Made by a program: the position numbers and the translations under genes
Part shown: piece by piece, positions 14,697 through 28,394 of the stretch
How the letters are laid out: each line of letters opens with the position of its first letter
Position numbering within the stretch: the first letter of the stretch is position 1
Notes under the pieces: model-generated
What the model saw: only the letters and a program-made list of their open reading frames with translations
What the model was told of the DNA's origin: nothing
The model's database searches: none
DNA from: the human T2T-CHM13v2.0 reference genome, Homo sapiens
Reading direction: 5' to 3' (one strand)
Assembly: GCF_009914755.1 (NCBI RefSeq)
Contig: NC_060932.1
DNA length: 64,000 bases

Positions 14697-16178
14697 GAAC
14701 TGGGTCAAAGGCAGAGGCTGGAACAGTTTGGAAGTCTTACAAGACAGAAAAACATGGGAAAGTTTGGAACTCCCTAGAGACTTGTTGAATGGCTTTGACA
14801 AAAATGCAGATAATTATATAGACAATTAAATTCAGGCTAAAGTGTTCTCAGATGGAGATGAGGAACTTGGTGGGAACTGGAGCAGAGTTGATTCTTGTTA
14901 TGTTTTACCAAAGAGACTGGTGGCATTTTGCACCTGCCCTAGAGATTTGTGGAACTGTGAACTTGAGAGTGATGATTTAGGGTATCTGGTGGAAGAAATT
15001 TTTAAGCAGCAAAGCATTCAAGAGGTGACTTGGGTGCTGTTAAAGGCATTCAGTTTTAAAAGGGAAGCAGAGCATAAAAGTTTGGAAAATTTGCAGCCTG
15101 ACAATGTGATAGAAAATAAAATCCCATTTTCTGAGGAGACATTCAAGCTAGCTGCAGAAATTTGCATAAGTAACAAGGAGCTGAATGTTAATCCCCAAGA
15201 CAATGGGGAAAATGTCTCCAGCACCTGTTAGAGGTCTTCATGGCATCCCCTCCCATCACAGGCCCAGAGGCTTAGGAGGGAAAAGTGGTTTTGTGGGCCA
15301 AGCCTGGGGTCTCCAAGCTGTGTGTAGCCTAGGGACTTGGTGCCCTGCATACCAGCCGCTCCAGACATGGCTAAAAGGGGCCAAGGTATAGCTCACCTGT
15401 GGCTTTAGAGTTTACAAGCCCCATGCCTTGGCAGCTTCCATGTGGTGTTGAGCATGCGAGTGCAGAGAAGTCAAGAATTGGGGTTTGGGAACCTCCACCT
15501 AGATTTCAGAAGATGTATGGAAACACTTGCATGTCCAGGCAAAAGTTTGCTGCAGGGGTGGGGCCCTCATGGAGAACCTTTGCTAAGGTGGTGCAGAAGG
15601 GAAATGTGGGGTTGGAACCCCCACATAGAGTCCCTAGTGGTTCTGTGATAAGCAGGCCACTGTCCTCCAGACCCCAGAATGATAGATCCACCAACAGCTT
15701 GCACTGTTTGCCTTGAAAAGCTGCAGACACTCAATGCCAGCCAGGAGGGAGGCTTTACCCTGCAAAGCCACAGGGATGGGGCTGCTCAAGACCATGGGAA
15801 CCCACCTCTGGCATCAGTGTGACCTGGATGTGAGACATGGAGTTAAAGGAGATCATTTTGAAGCTTTAATATTTGGCTGCCCTGCTGGGTTTTCGACTTG
15901 CATGGAGCCTGTAGACCCTTTGTTTTGGCCAATTTCTCCCATTTGAAATAGCTGCATTACCCAATACCCATACTCCCATTGTATCTAGGAAGTAACTAAC
16001 TTGCTTTGGATTTTACTGGCTCATAGGCAGAAGGGACTTGCCTTGTCTCAGATAAGACTTTCGACTGTGGACTTTTGAGTTAATGCTGAAATGAGTTAAA
16101 GTTTGGGGGCACTGTTGGGAAGGCATGATTCGTTTTGAAATGTGAGGACATGAGATGTGGGAGGGGCCAGGGGTGGAA
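14697..16178 (+). mobile_element. THE1 internal region (5' LTR and start missing)
   Basis: gaactggg...ggcagaggctggaacagtttg..., tcagatggagatgaggaactt, aagcagcaaagcattcaagag; ends in the purine-rich PPT gaggggccaggggtggaa. Confidence 0.92.
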
Positions 16179-16532
16179 TGATATTGTTTGGCTGTGTCTC
16201 CATCCAAATCTTATTTTGAATTCCCACATGTTGTTGGAGGGACCCAGTGTGAGGTAATTGAATCATGGGGACAGGTCTTTCCCATGCCGTTCTCATGATA
16301 GTGAATAAGTCTCATGAGATCTGATGGTTCTATAAGGGGGAGTTTCCCTGCACAAACTCTCTCTTTGCCTGCTGCCATCCATGTAAGACATGACTTGCTT
16401 CTCTTTGCCTTCTGCCATGATTGTGAGGCCTCCCCAGCCACGTGGTACTGTAAGTCCATTAAACCTGTTTCTTTTGTAAATTGACCAGTCTTGGGTATCT
16501 CTTTATCAGCAGTGTGGAAACAGACTAATACA
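16179..16532 (+). mobile_element. THE1 (THE1B-like) 3' LTR
   Basis: tgatattgtttggctgtgtc...gtgaataagtctcatgagatctgatgg...cagactaataca. Confidence 0.93.
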
Positions 16533-16751
16533 GCAATCAAGAAAGAGAAATAAATAAAAGGTATTCAAATTGGAGAAGAGGAAGTCAAATTTCAGATGAT
16601 ACAAACTTGTATCTAGAAAAATCTAAAGATTCCATGAAAAACTCTTAGATAAGAAGTAGATTCAGTAAAGTTGTCATATAAATAATAAACATACATAAAT
16701 TAGTAGCACTTCTATACATCTAGAATGAACTATCTAGTAAGAAATCAAAAA

Positions 16752-16950
16752 GGACTCAGGTGTTGTGGTATGCACCTGTAGTCCCAGCTACTAAGTAGGC
16801 TGAGGAGGGAGGATTGCTTGAGCCTAGAAGTTTGAGGCTGCAGATTGCACTACTGCATTCTAGCCTGAGTGGCAGAGCAAGACCCTATATCTAAAAAAAG
16901 AAGAAGGAGAAGAAGAAGAAGAAGGAGAAGGAGAAGAAGGAGAAGGAAAA
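16752..16950 (+). mobile_element. Alu monomer (FAM/FRAM-like) with (GAA/GGA)n tail
   Basis: cacctgtagtcccagcta...ggattgcttgagcc...gcaagaccct, then a tail of aagaag/aaggag triplets at about 16897-16950. Confidence 0.85.
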
Positions 16951-18193
16951 AGACAATTTCATTTTGAATAGCTACATTGAAAATAAGAACACCTAGGAAT
17001 AAATTTAGCCAAGGATGTAAAAGACCTCTACAAGGAAAACTACAAATCACTTATTTAAAAAATTGAGGGCACAAACAAATGGAAAGACATCCATTGTCTA
17101 AAGCAATCTATGGAATTAATGCAATCCCTATCAAAATATCAACATCATTTTTCCCTACAGAATTAGAAAAAAATTCTAAAATTTGTATGGAACCAAAAAA
17201 GGAATTCACATAGCCAAAGCAAATCTTAGCAAGAAGAATAAAACTATCACACTACCTGACTTCAAAATATATTACAATACAATACTAACCCAAACAGCAT
17301 ATAATTGGTGTAAAAACAGACACATAGACCAATGGAAGAGAACAGAAAACCCAGAAATAAATCCACATACTTAACAGCCAACTGGTTTTCAATAAAGGCA
17401 CCAAGAACATACATTGGGAAAGGATACCCTCTTCAATAAATGGTGCTGAAAAACTTTGATATTTATATGCAGAAAATGAAATTGGATCTCTGTCTCTTAA
17501 CATGTACAAAAATCAACCAAGATGGATTGAAGATTTAAAAGTAAGACCTAAAACTATAAAGCTATTCAAAGGACACTTAGGGAAAACATTACAGGACATC
17601 TAGACATAGATTTTATTGCTAATACCTCAAAAGCACAGGCACAAAAAGTGAAAATAGTCAAATGGAACTAATTAAACTAAAAAGCTTCTATACAGAAAAT
17701 GAAACAATCAACAGAATGAAGAGACAACCTGTAGAATTAGAGAAAATGCTTGCAAAGTAATTATCCTATAAAGGACTAATATCCAGAATATACAAATAAA
17801 TAAAACTACTCAACAATAAAAAATTAAATGATCCCATTAAGAAGTGGTCAAAGAACATGTATAGACATTTCTCAAAAGAAGATATACACATAGCCAACAT
17901 GTATATAAAAAATGCTCAACACCACTAATCATCAGGGAAATGCAAATCCAAACCACAATCAGATGTTGTGGCTAGATTGATTATAATTAGAAAGTTAAAA
18001 AATAGATGCTGACAAGGATGCAGAGAAAGGGAACTTTAATACACTGTTGGTGGGAATATAAATTAGTACAACTACTATGAAAAACAGTGGAGAGATTTGT
18101 CCAAAAACTAAAAATAGAACTACAGTATGATTCAGCAATCCCACTACTGTGTATTTATAAGAGAAAGAAGAAGTTGGCATATCAATGGGATAC

Positions 18194-19112
<919 letters not shown>

Positions 19113-20779
19113 GATACCTATAGTTACATGTTTATCACAGCAATATTCACAGTAGCAAAGGTATGGTGTCAACCTATGTGTCCATCAGTGGAGGAATGAG
19201 TAAATAAAATGTTGTATGTATACACAATGGAATACACTCAGCCATAAAAGGAATGAAGTCATATCATTTGTGGCAATGTGGGTATAACTGGAGGTCACTA
19301 TGTTAGTGAAATAAGCCAGGCACAAAAGGACAAAGACTGCATGCTCTCACCCCTATGTGGGAGCTAAAATACTTGATCTCGTGGAGGTAGATAATAGACT
19401 GATAGATACCAAACGCTGAGAAGGTATGTAGGTGGAAGGAGCGATGAGAGGTTGATTAGTGCTTAGAAACATACAGTTAAATAGAAAATAATTTTCTAAT
19501 GTTCAACAGCAGTGTACAGTGATTATGATTAGCAGGAATGTATTATGTATTTCAAGGTAGATAGAAAAGAGTATTTGAAATGTTCCCAACACATAAAAAT
19601 GATAAATATTCTCTGTCTAAGTAATTTTGTTTACAGATGCTATTATTTGTTGTAGTGATGGTCAAGACAGTATTATACTATTTATCATTTAATGCACCTC
19701 ACAGATATTTTAGGACAAAATGGTGAAACAAATGTTTAGATAAATTTAAATGCCAATAGCAGAAAAATAAGAACAAATAAAAACAAATGCAGTTGTATAG
19801 GAATATTTAAATATAAGGTACATGTATTCACAGATCAGAATTTGAATGGTGTGAGCAGAGCTGAGCTCTGAGTTAATAAATGCATGGTGGAAGCCAGGAG
19901 TTTAACTCCTGTAAGTAAAGAGCATTAGAAGTGGTTTATAAATATTGGGTTTTCAAATAAAATATTTCATTGGTTGAAAACAGAGATTTAGGTGTGGTAC
20001 CCTGCTCACAAGACATGGCTGAATAAAACCTCCTCCCAGTTCATTTTAGAGTTATGTTGATCTCCAAGAGCCCAGTCAAGGTATCTGCTGTGGGTTCTGG
20101 GTCTGAATCTGCCATATCTTCTGATATATTGGGAGTAAAGATATATTCTTGAGAGTTAGGGTTAGCTAGAGGCATCCAGAAAAGAGCTAGACATAGGAGA
20201 GTGACACATAGAGAGACAGAGTGGGAGAGAAATATAGACAGAGCATATGCAATATTATTAAGACCAACAAAATTATTTATTCAATGTGAACCTTAGGTTA
20301 AAAATTTAAAGCCTACTTAATTACATGTTAAAAGAGACAAAAGCAACAATTTTCCTAGATTAAGACCATTTTCTACTATAATCTGATAAAAACTTTAAAG
20401 TAAGTATGTGGTGGATGTTTGAAGAGGAAAATTCATACCTAGCTTCTATGAAACAAAACAAAGGAATTATATTCGTAAGCCGTATATCCTAAACACTCCA
20501 AGAGTGTATCCTGCATAGTAACCACTCAATCAATCTTCTGTGAGTAAATGAATAAAAAGTATAAACCAATGTGCTTTATGGACTTAAGTGTAAAGATACG
20601 AAAGAAAATATTAGCAAGCAGAACTCAGCAGTTGATAAAAATTATTAAATGTTAGCAAACTGAATTAATCAATGTATATAAAAATTATGTTGTTTTGTGA
20701 TAAAAGTTGGTTTACTGCAATAATGTGAGGAAGTGGAACATTACAAAATCTATTGTTGTGGTGTATATTTCATTGATAC

Positions 20780-21210
20780 TGTCTTATGCCAATGGATACT
20801 CTTTCTAGATTCAAGAACTAGTTTCCTAGTGCCTGGGAATACTGCTAGCAATAGCCCTCAGCTATCTGTCATTTTCGAGAAATGACTGAATGAAGAGAGA
20901 CCCCTTGTCCAAGTTCAAGCCCCCTGTTTTACATAACTTGCATCCAGTGATTTTCATATGGAAGTTTAAGGGCCTGACTGCCTCCCACCAACTCAGAAAA
21001 TGTTTAATAGACCATATCATTTCAGCTTTTGAACTCCTTGTGGTATTGGCTGAGGCTTCCCTTGAGATTGTAATCCAGTTTCTCCTTGTGCTCATCTTAC
21101 TTCTTTTTCTTTCCTTCTGTGGGTAATTATTCCAAGAATTGACCCTTGGTCAACTTCCTATGTGTTAATTTCTATCTCAGAATCTAAATCCTGGGAAACC
21201 CAACTAGGGG
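20780..21210 (+). mobile_element. LTR16-like (ERVL) solo LTR
   Basis: gccctcagct..., ctgaggcttcccttgagattg, end tctcagaatctaaatcctgggaaacccaact. Resembles the 35.7-kb copy. Confidence 0.55.
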
Positions 21211-21457
21211 TGGAATAATATCAATATATTAAAAACAAATATGCAGATAAAATATTTGAAAAATTTAACAGTTATTAAGATATATCTCTTAGGAAACTAG
21301 AAATTGAAGGGCAGATTCATCAAGTGATAAAATATGTATTAAAACTAGAAGCAAATCCAAGAAAATCCACAAAACGTCACTGGAACAAATAAGAAAATTA
21401 AGCAAGTTGTCTTTGATATAAAAACATGCAAAGGCTCAAGAGCATCTCTACAAAACA

Positions 21458-21511
21458 TTAAAAACTAATAGAGAATATTATTTTAAAAACTAATAGAGAA
21501 TATTATTTTAA
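21458..21511. repeat. 25-bp tandem duplication
   Basis: ttaaaaactaatagagaatattatt twice. Confidence 0.92.
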
Positions 21512-23019
21512 CAAAACACCTGAATAATAGTAGTTAACAGCTTCTGAGTGCTTAGTGTTTGCCTGGCACTTTTACAATGGCTTTACATACTCCCAAGTAA
21601 AGTATGAATAGGTATCTAAGAATAAACATAAAAGATGGCAATATGCACCTGGAGAACATTGTAGAATAATATTTAAGAATAGAAAATAAAATACGAAAAA
21701 AATTAAGAATATGCCATCTTTAGAAATCGTAAGATCTAAGAGCCAAGGTGAGCTAAGACATTTTTGCAGAATTGGAGGACTTACCTTATCACATATAAGT
21801 CTATCGTAGATCTATGAATTTAAAACTGGGTAGCATTAGAGTGGAGAGAAATAAAAATAAATCAGTGTGAAAAAATAGGCTGTGAATATATGGAAACTTG
21901 ATATATGACAAATTTAATATTGTACAACAGTAAAGAAAGGAGGCAATAAGTGGTTTTAGGACAATTGACTATAAAAAATTTAGATTCCAATTACAGCATA
22001 CACAAAGATAAATTCTAGATGATTAAAAGATCTTAATGTAAAAAGCAAAATTTTCAAAAGTTTTAGAAGGAAATATTAGCTGTCATATTCATGATTTAGT
22101 ATGTGACGAGGATAATTAAAAAAACCCATAAAACAACCAACGGATGAATTGACTACATTAAAATTTAAATATTCTGCATATCAACAAATATCACATGACT
22201 TCATATTTTATTTGTTTCTATATTATATGTTTATGAATTTATGAACATTATATAATATTTTGCAGTTTTTTGAATATTTAATCTGTTTTTCTTTTCACTT
22301 TATATCATATACATATGTACTTAAGATGATAGATGTAAGTAGCCTTAGTTCATTCATTTTTATTAATAACTTCTATAACATATTGAGTTGGAAGACTATT
22401 CCTCAACTTATTTTTGTATTGATAGAAACGTAGATTGTTTATAATTTTTTTCCTTTTATAAATAACATGGCTATGAACACTGTTGCAATATGATCTTGTG
22501 CACAAAGTTTTCTCTAGAGTGAAGGTAACTAGAAAGGTAAACAAGAGAGACAGAGAACAAGAATCAGAGAGAACACAGAGTTTAATACCAAACAATATAA
22601 AAAGAAAGAAGAAAGGAAAAAAGGAAGAAAAGAAGGAAGCAGAGAAGAAATGAAGGAAAAGTTGAAGCAATGTGGCATAAAATTAAGATTTTTCAGAAGT
22701 TGAGTAGAGGGCACACAGCTGTTCACACTACACTATATGATTTCTTAATATATTTGAAACATTTCACATATAAGAAAGAGAGTCTTGTTTTCTTAATGCT
22801 TCCTTCCATGAGTTCATCACTGTATGGCATTGATATCATGAGCTCTGCTTTTTGTTTCTCTGTAATGTACCATTGTAAGTAATCTGTTACAATGTTTCTG
22901 AGCTATTTTCTTTCAGATGCAGTTTTAAAATACTGCTTAAAAAATCGATTTTGTTTCTTAATCCCATCTGGCTGACCTTTTTCCTTCCAATAAATAGATG
23001 GAATAAATATGTTTCTCTA

Positions 23020-23750
<731 letters not shown>

Positions 23751-24319
23751 TAATATAGATATTATCTATTATAATTTTATATAATAATGTATATTTCCTA
23801 ATTATTTAATATGTATCAACTATTAAATATATCATTATTAATATAACTTATTTTTATGTTGTATTTTTATTTTAAAGATCCCATCACTTTCTTCTGTCTT
23901 GCCTGTTTACTATTATTGCTGTTATTCTATATATGCATCTTTTTAAATTTAATCTCTAAGGTAATCTGTAAAATACCCACTTTTCACTTTTCTTGACTTA
24001 AATTTCATGTGCTTTCTTTACAGTTTGATTTTGTATAACTCCCAAACAGCATATTGACTAATATTACAAATGACTGTATACCTTGCATACAAAAAATCTT
24101 TAAATTTTTTTTATTTTTAGCCTCAAATTTTTGATAACAGAAATGTAAATTTGCCCCAAAGTTATAGTCCTTTTGGATCCCTCCCCATAAGAAAGTCAAA
24201 TGTTCAGCACAGCCTGTGAGAATATATGTATTACTTCTGTCTCACTCTGTCTCACTCTGTTTCTCTGTCTCTCTGTCTCTGGCTCTTCCTGTCTCTGTTC
24301 TTTTCTCTTCCTGATTCTG

Positions 24320-24680
24320 TCATTCATCCATTTATTCACTGGTTAAGTATATATTGAATGCCAATAAATTCTGAGCATTATTCCAAATGTTAAGTATATA
24401 GTACTAAAAAATATAGGAAAATTTCCTCCTTTCACATTGGAACTTTCTAGTAGAAAAGGTGGTAAACATGATTTTGGATATAATTAGCGCTATATGAAAA
24501 ACAGCAATTAGAGGGATGAAAGGTGATGAGATGTTTGTACATGTGTATGAGGAGTATTGATTGTGATAAGTTGGTCAGGGAGGGTAGCTATGAGTTGGTT
24601 ATATTATAGCAGAGACTGAAATAACACAAATCATCAAGAAAATAAAGAAAATGTAAAGGACTAGCATCCAAGCAGAGATG
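24320..24680 (-). mobile_element. L2 3' fragment
   Basis: cattcatccatttattcact...tattgaatgcc...; gtcagggagggt. Confidence 0.6.
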
Positions 24681-25181
24681 CCTCTTGACTTTATAGCACA
24701 GCTGCCAGCATTTTGGGCTATTGATTTTCTGCTTGTTTATCTCTGCTGAACTGACTCTGGTCAACAACTATGTGGTGACTGTGGCTTTTCCTCTCCCTTT
24801 TACTCCTTAAGTCCTTGCTATTTCTGATGATTGAAGGTTGAGTCACAGAAAATGAAAAACAGCATGTTGGAGTTTTATCTTCCCTTGCTCCACTTTCCCC
24901 AAGGACTGATTGGAATTTTCCCTGATTTAGTCACTGGCCTGTCAACAGTTTTTGCCACATTGTTTGGAGAAAAGAGGCGTTGTTAGAGTTTTCTTAAGAT
25001 TTATGTAAATTATGTTTAGTCATAATGCATGAGAATAACACATCTTGGCAAACATCTTGGCTGATATATGTGAGAATTGGTGTTCTACTTGATTTATATC
25101 ATACTTCATTCCATGTGGTAGAAAATTACACATTTTATTTGCAGGTAATATCTGTTGCATAATTAAATTATTTTATTTGCA

Positions 25182-25442
<261 letters not shown>

Positions 25443-25954
25443 TAAAATTTTATTGATATTTTTTGAGAATAATAAGAGAAATGGGTGAAAAGACTTTGAT
25501 GCTGACATCTTTTATAGAAAGTTCAAACATAATCTATTGAGATTTTCTTACATATAAATTATATCTCAATACTAATTTGCCTTAGTATGATTACTGTTAA
25601 ACATAGTTGATATTTTTAAAGAAGTTTTAAAACGTATATGGTAAAACCATTTTCTTTTTCTGTTTTTACCTACGATATTTTTTCCCTTATGTTACTACTT
25701 AAAATTTAGGTCATTTATTTAGGTTATTAGCTATCTTGATTAATGCCTCAAATACTTCTAATATGAAACCATTACCATCTGTATGTCATATGCTGTATGT
25801 TGAACTTTTACAAGTAACCAAAATTGTTATTAATAGCTTCTTGTATTCATTGGGGCTTTATTTTTAAACTAAATTTATTGTTATTTGAAACTAACATGAA
25901 TACAGTGGTTTTTTATTGCTTACACTTTTAAATACTAGCATTTTAATGCATATT

Positions 25955-26495
25955 GGTGGTGAGAAGAACTTTAAAATGTCTCCCATGACCTTATTCTCTG
26001 GTGTTACTTCCATGATTATGTAATTTTATGTGGCAAAAGGGAATATTTCCTATTGGGCCTAATTTAATCACATGAAACCTTTAAAGGCAGAGAAGTTTTT
26101 CCACCTGAGTGAATCAATGCCTGGAGAAGGGATCAATGCCTGGAGAAGGGATCAATGCTCCTTTACTGGCTTTGGAGATGGAGGGGGCAAGTCCAAGGGT
26201 CGAAGGGCACCCTCTAAAAACTGAGAGGGTGCATTGGTTGACAGTCAGCAAAGAAACTGGAACCTTGGTCCTTCAACCACATGGGATTGGATTCTGCTAA
26301 CACTAGACTGAGCCTGAAAGTGGATTCTTTCCCAGCATAGCCTACACCTTGATTTTGGCCTCGTGAGGCTCTAAGTGGGGAACCTAGTTAAGAAGACTAT
26401 CCAAACTTCTGAATTACACAGCAGTGAAATAATAAATTGGGTTTAAAGTGCCAAGTGTATGGTAATCTGTTATGAAGCCATAGAAAACAAATACA
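25955..26495 (+). mobile_element. MLT1E/F-type solo LTR with internal 19-bp tandem repeat (26113-26158)
   Basis: ggcctaatttaatcacatg, gacagtcagcaaagaaactggaacc, end gtatggtaatctgttatg...tagaaaacaaataca; atcaatgcctggagaaggg about 2.4 times. Confidence 0.8.
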
Positions 26496-27984
26496 ATATT
26501 AAAACATAAAAATTCATAAAGTCTATTCTTAACTAATTAAAATGTTTCAAATTATTTAAGATTTTTAAAAAGATATGTTTTAGCTTTACACATAAGGCAA
26601 TAGAAGTTGATTTTTTTTAAAAGGGTTTCTATAAGGAGGGCCTGGAAATACAAGTAGACATATGATGCAATTTCTGTAGAGTTAAATTCTTAAGCCATGT
26701 TTATAGGCTTAAGTCCAACCCAAACACATCTGATAATATACTGAGCCTGGACAAGTCAGTCACTTTCTTGGAGGGAATCAGTTTTTCTCAGTGTGAAAAA
26801 TTAAATCTTGTAGAGCAGGATAAACTATTTAGTAAAGCTTCCCTTTCCTTTAACACACTCTAATGTTTAGAAAGAGTTTGACTCATTTCACATGTGGGAT
26901 CAGTTTACCACTGGCTTCATATAAATCAGAGTTGTAAGTAACTTGCAGTGTTATGCCTTAAGGTTTCGAAATTCTTTACATTTCTCTACTTTACTTCTTT
27001 ATAAAAAAAAGTGCCTGAAAAACAGTATTCCAATACAATTTTATTTATATGAATTATTTCAAAGGATTTTTTTTCACATTAAACATATGCATATATATGA
27101 TGTAAATATATCATCGATTATAAACGTCAAGGTAACTCCTACCTCAAGAGCATCTTTGGCCTTGGCTAACACCTATAATGTATTACCAAGTTATAATGTT
27201 CATACATTTATTCATTGAATGTCAAATAAGTGCCATGCCCTGTGCTAAGATTGTATATATATTGAATAATTTATGGTCTCTGCCATTCAATAATAGCATA
27301 CAAACAGATGAGAAACATAAAAGGTGACCAATTTTATGGGAAATATGCCAAGATAATTCAGAATTTTGATTCATTGCCTATAGAAATTTATAGAAAAGGG
27401 AATACTAAAGAGGTTTTATTTTTGCTGTATTTGTTAAATGCCCCAGGCAATACTGTCCTGAATTCCATCTTCATTACAAACAGAAAAATAGAAATGGAGT
27501 ACAATTTAATTTTTAATCTCTTCCAATAAAAACTGAAACAATATTATTCTTCATTTATCTTTCTATGTTTTATAACTTTTAAAGTAGTGAAAATAAAATC
27601 ACGCCTCTTACAGTTCATGGAAGTATTACAAAATTAATTTTTCCATTGTGTCAATTATGCCTGCATGGGCAGAAAGATTCAAGGATTTTTCTTAAATATA
27701 TATTTTTTCTCTCAGTAGAATATTTGTAACAAAAAGGGACAAAGTTGTTAGTTTGATAACATTTATTACTATTATTTTACAATATTTGATACTTGATTAC
27801 ATAGCTTATGTCATAATTTAAAAAGTCATAATCACCAAGAAGCCATAGAAAAAGAATAAATGGTTTATGATGAAAATTAGATATACAGAGCAATTGTGAT
27901 TTTTGATAAATATGGTTGATTAGTAAAGTTTAGTCAGTCTTAGGATGTTAGCTGAAAATGGAGTAATTGTAGGTACAGAGTGAA

Positions 27985-28215
27985 GGACCAGGTTTAGTTA
28001 GAGTCAAAAGATCACACTTTGAATCCTAACTCTGTCAAAAATAACTTTATTTATATTTTTCTTATTTCATTATTTACTTTTACTTTGAACATGATATTTA
28101 AACTCTCTTGGCCTCAGCTCCTTCTGTTCAGATGACAATGATGATGTCTTTCTGCTGAGGCTGTTAGAATTTTCAATAACAATAATATATGTGTGATTTA
28201 ATTTTAACCTATAAG
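27985..28215 (+). mobile_element. MIR
   Basis: tttgaatcctaactctgtca..., atttaaactctcttggcctcagctcc. Confidence 0.6.
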
Positions 28216-28394
28216 ATATACCAAAGTAATAACAGTAATTCTTACAGTTATTTATAATGATAATATTAAATAAAAATAGATAATTGTTACTGTTTAAGAC
28301 CAAATACTTATGATGTATTTCATTTCTCAAAGAATTGGCCATAGTCATTGTTCTTTATTTATTTACCTGGAGATTGAAAATGATGTGAAGTCAT

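Larger units (their letters stand above)
20480..22200 (+). mobile_element. highly degraded old L1 ORF2 fragments
   Basis: A-rich sequence with L1 remnants (ctcttaggaaactagaaattgaaggg, ataaattctagatgattaaaagatcttaatgtaaaa). Confidence 0.55.

Noticed and set aside
14842-15946. Several 70-130 aa ORFs
   Set aside because: Fragments of the THE1 internal region, broken by stops and frameshifts.
22350-22726. Hydrophobic, membrane-protein-like ORFs (also 4333-4602, 16850-17050, 62690-62983)
   Set aside because: Artefacts of T-rich or TA low-complexity sequence and antisense L1, which encode F/L/I/Y runs.
26689-26713. Small hairpin cttaagcc...ggcttaag
   Set aside because: 8-bp arms are expected by chance in 64 kb.
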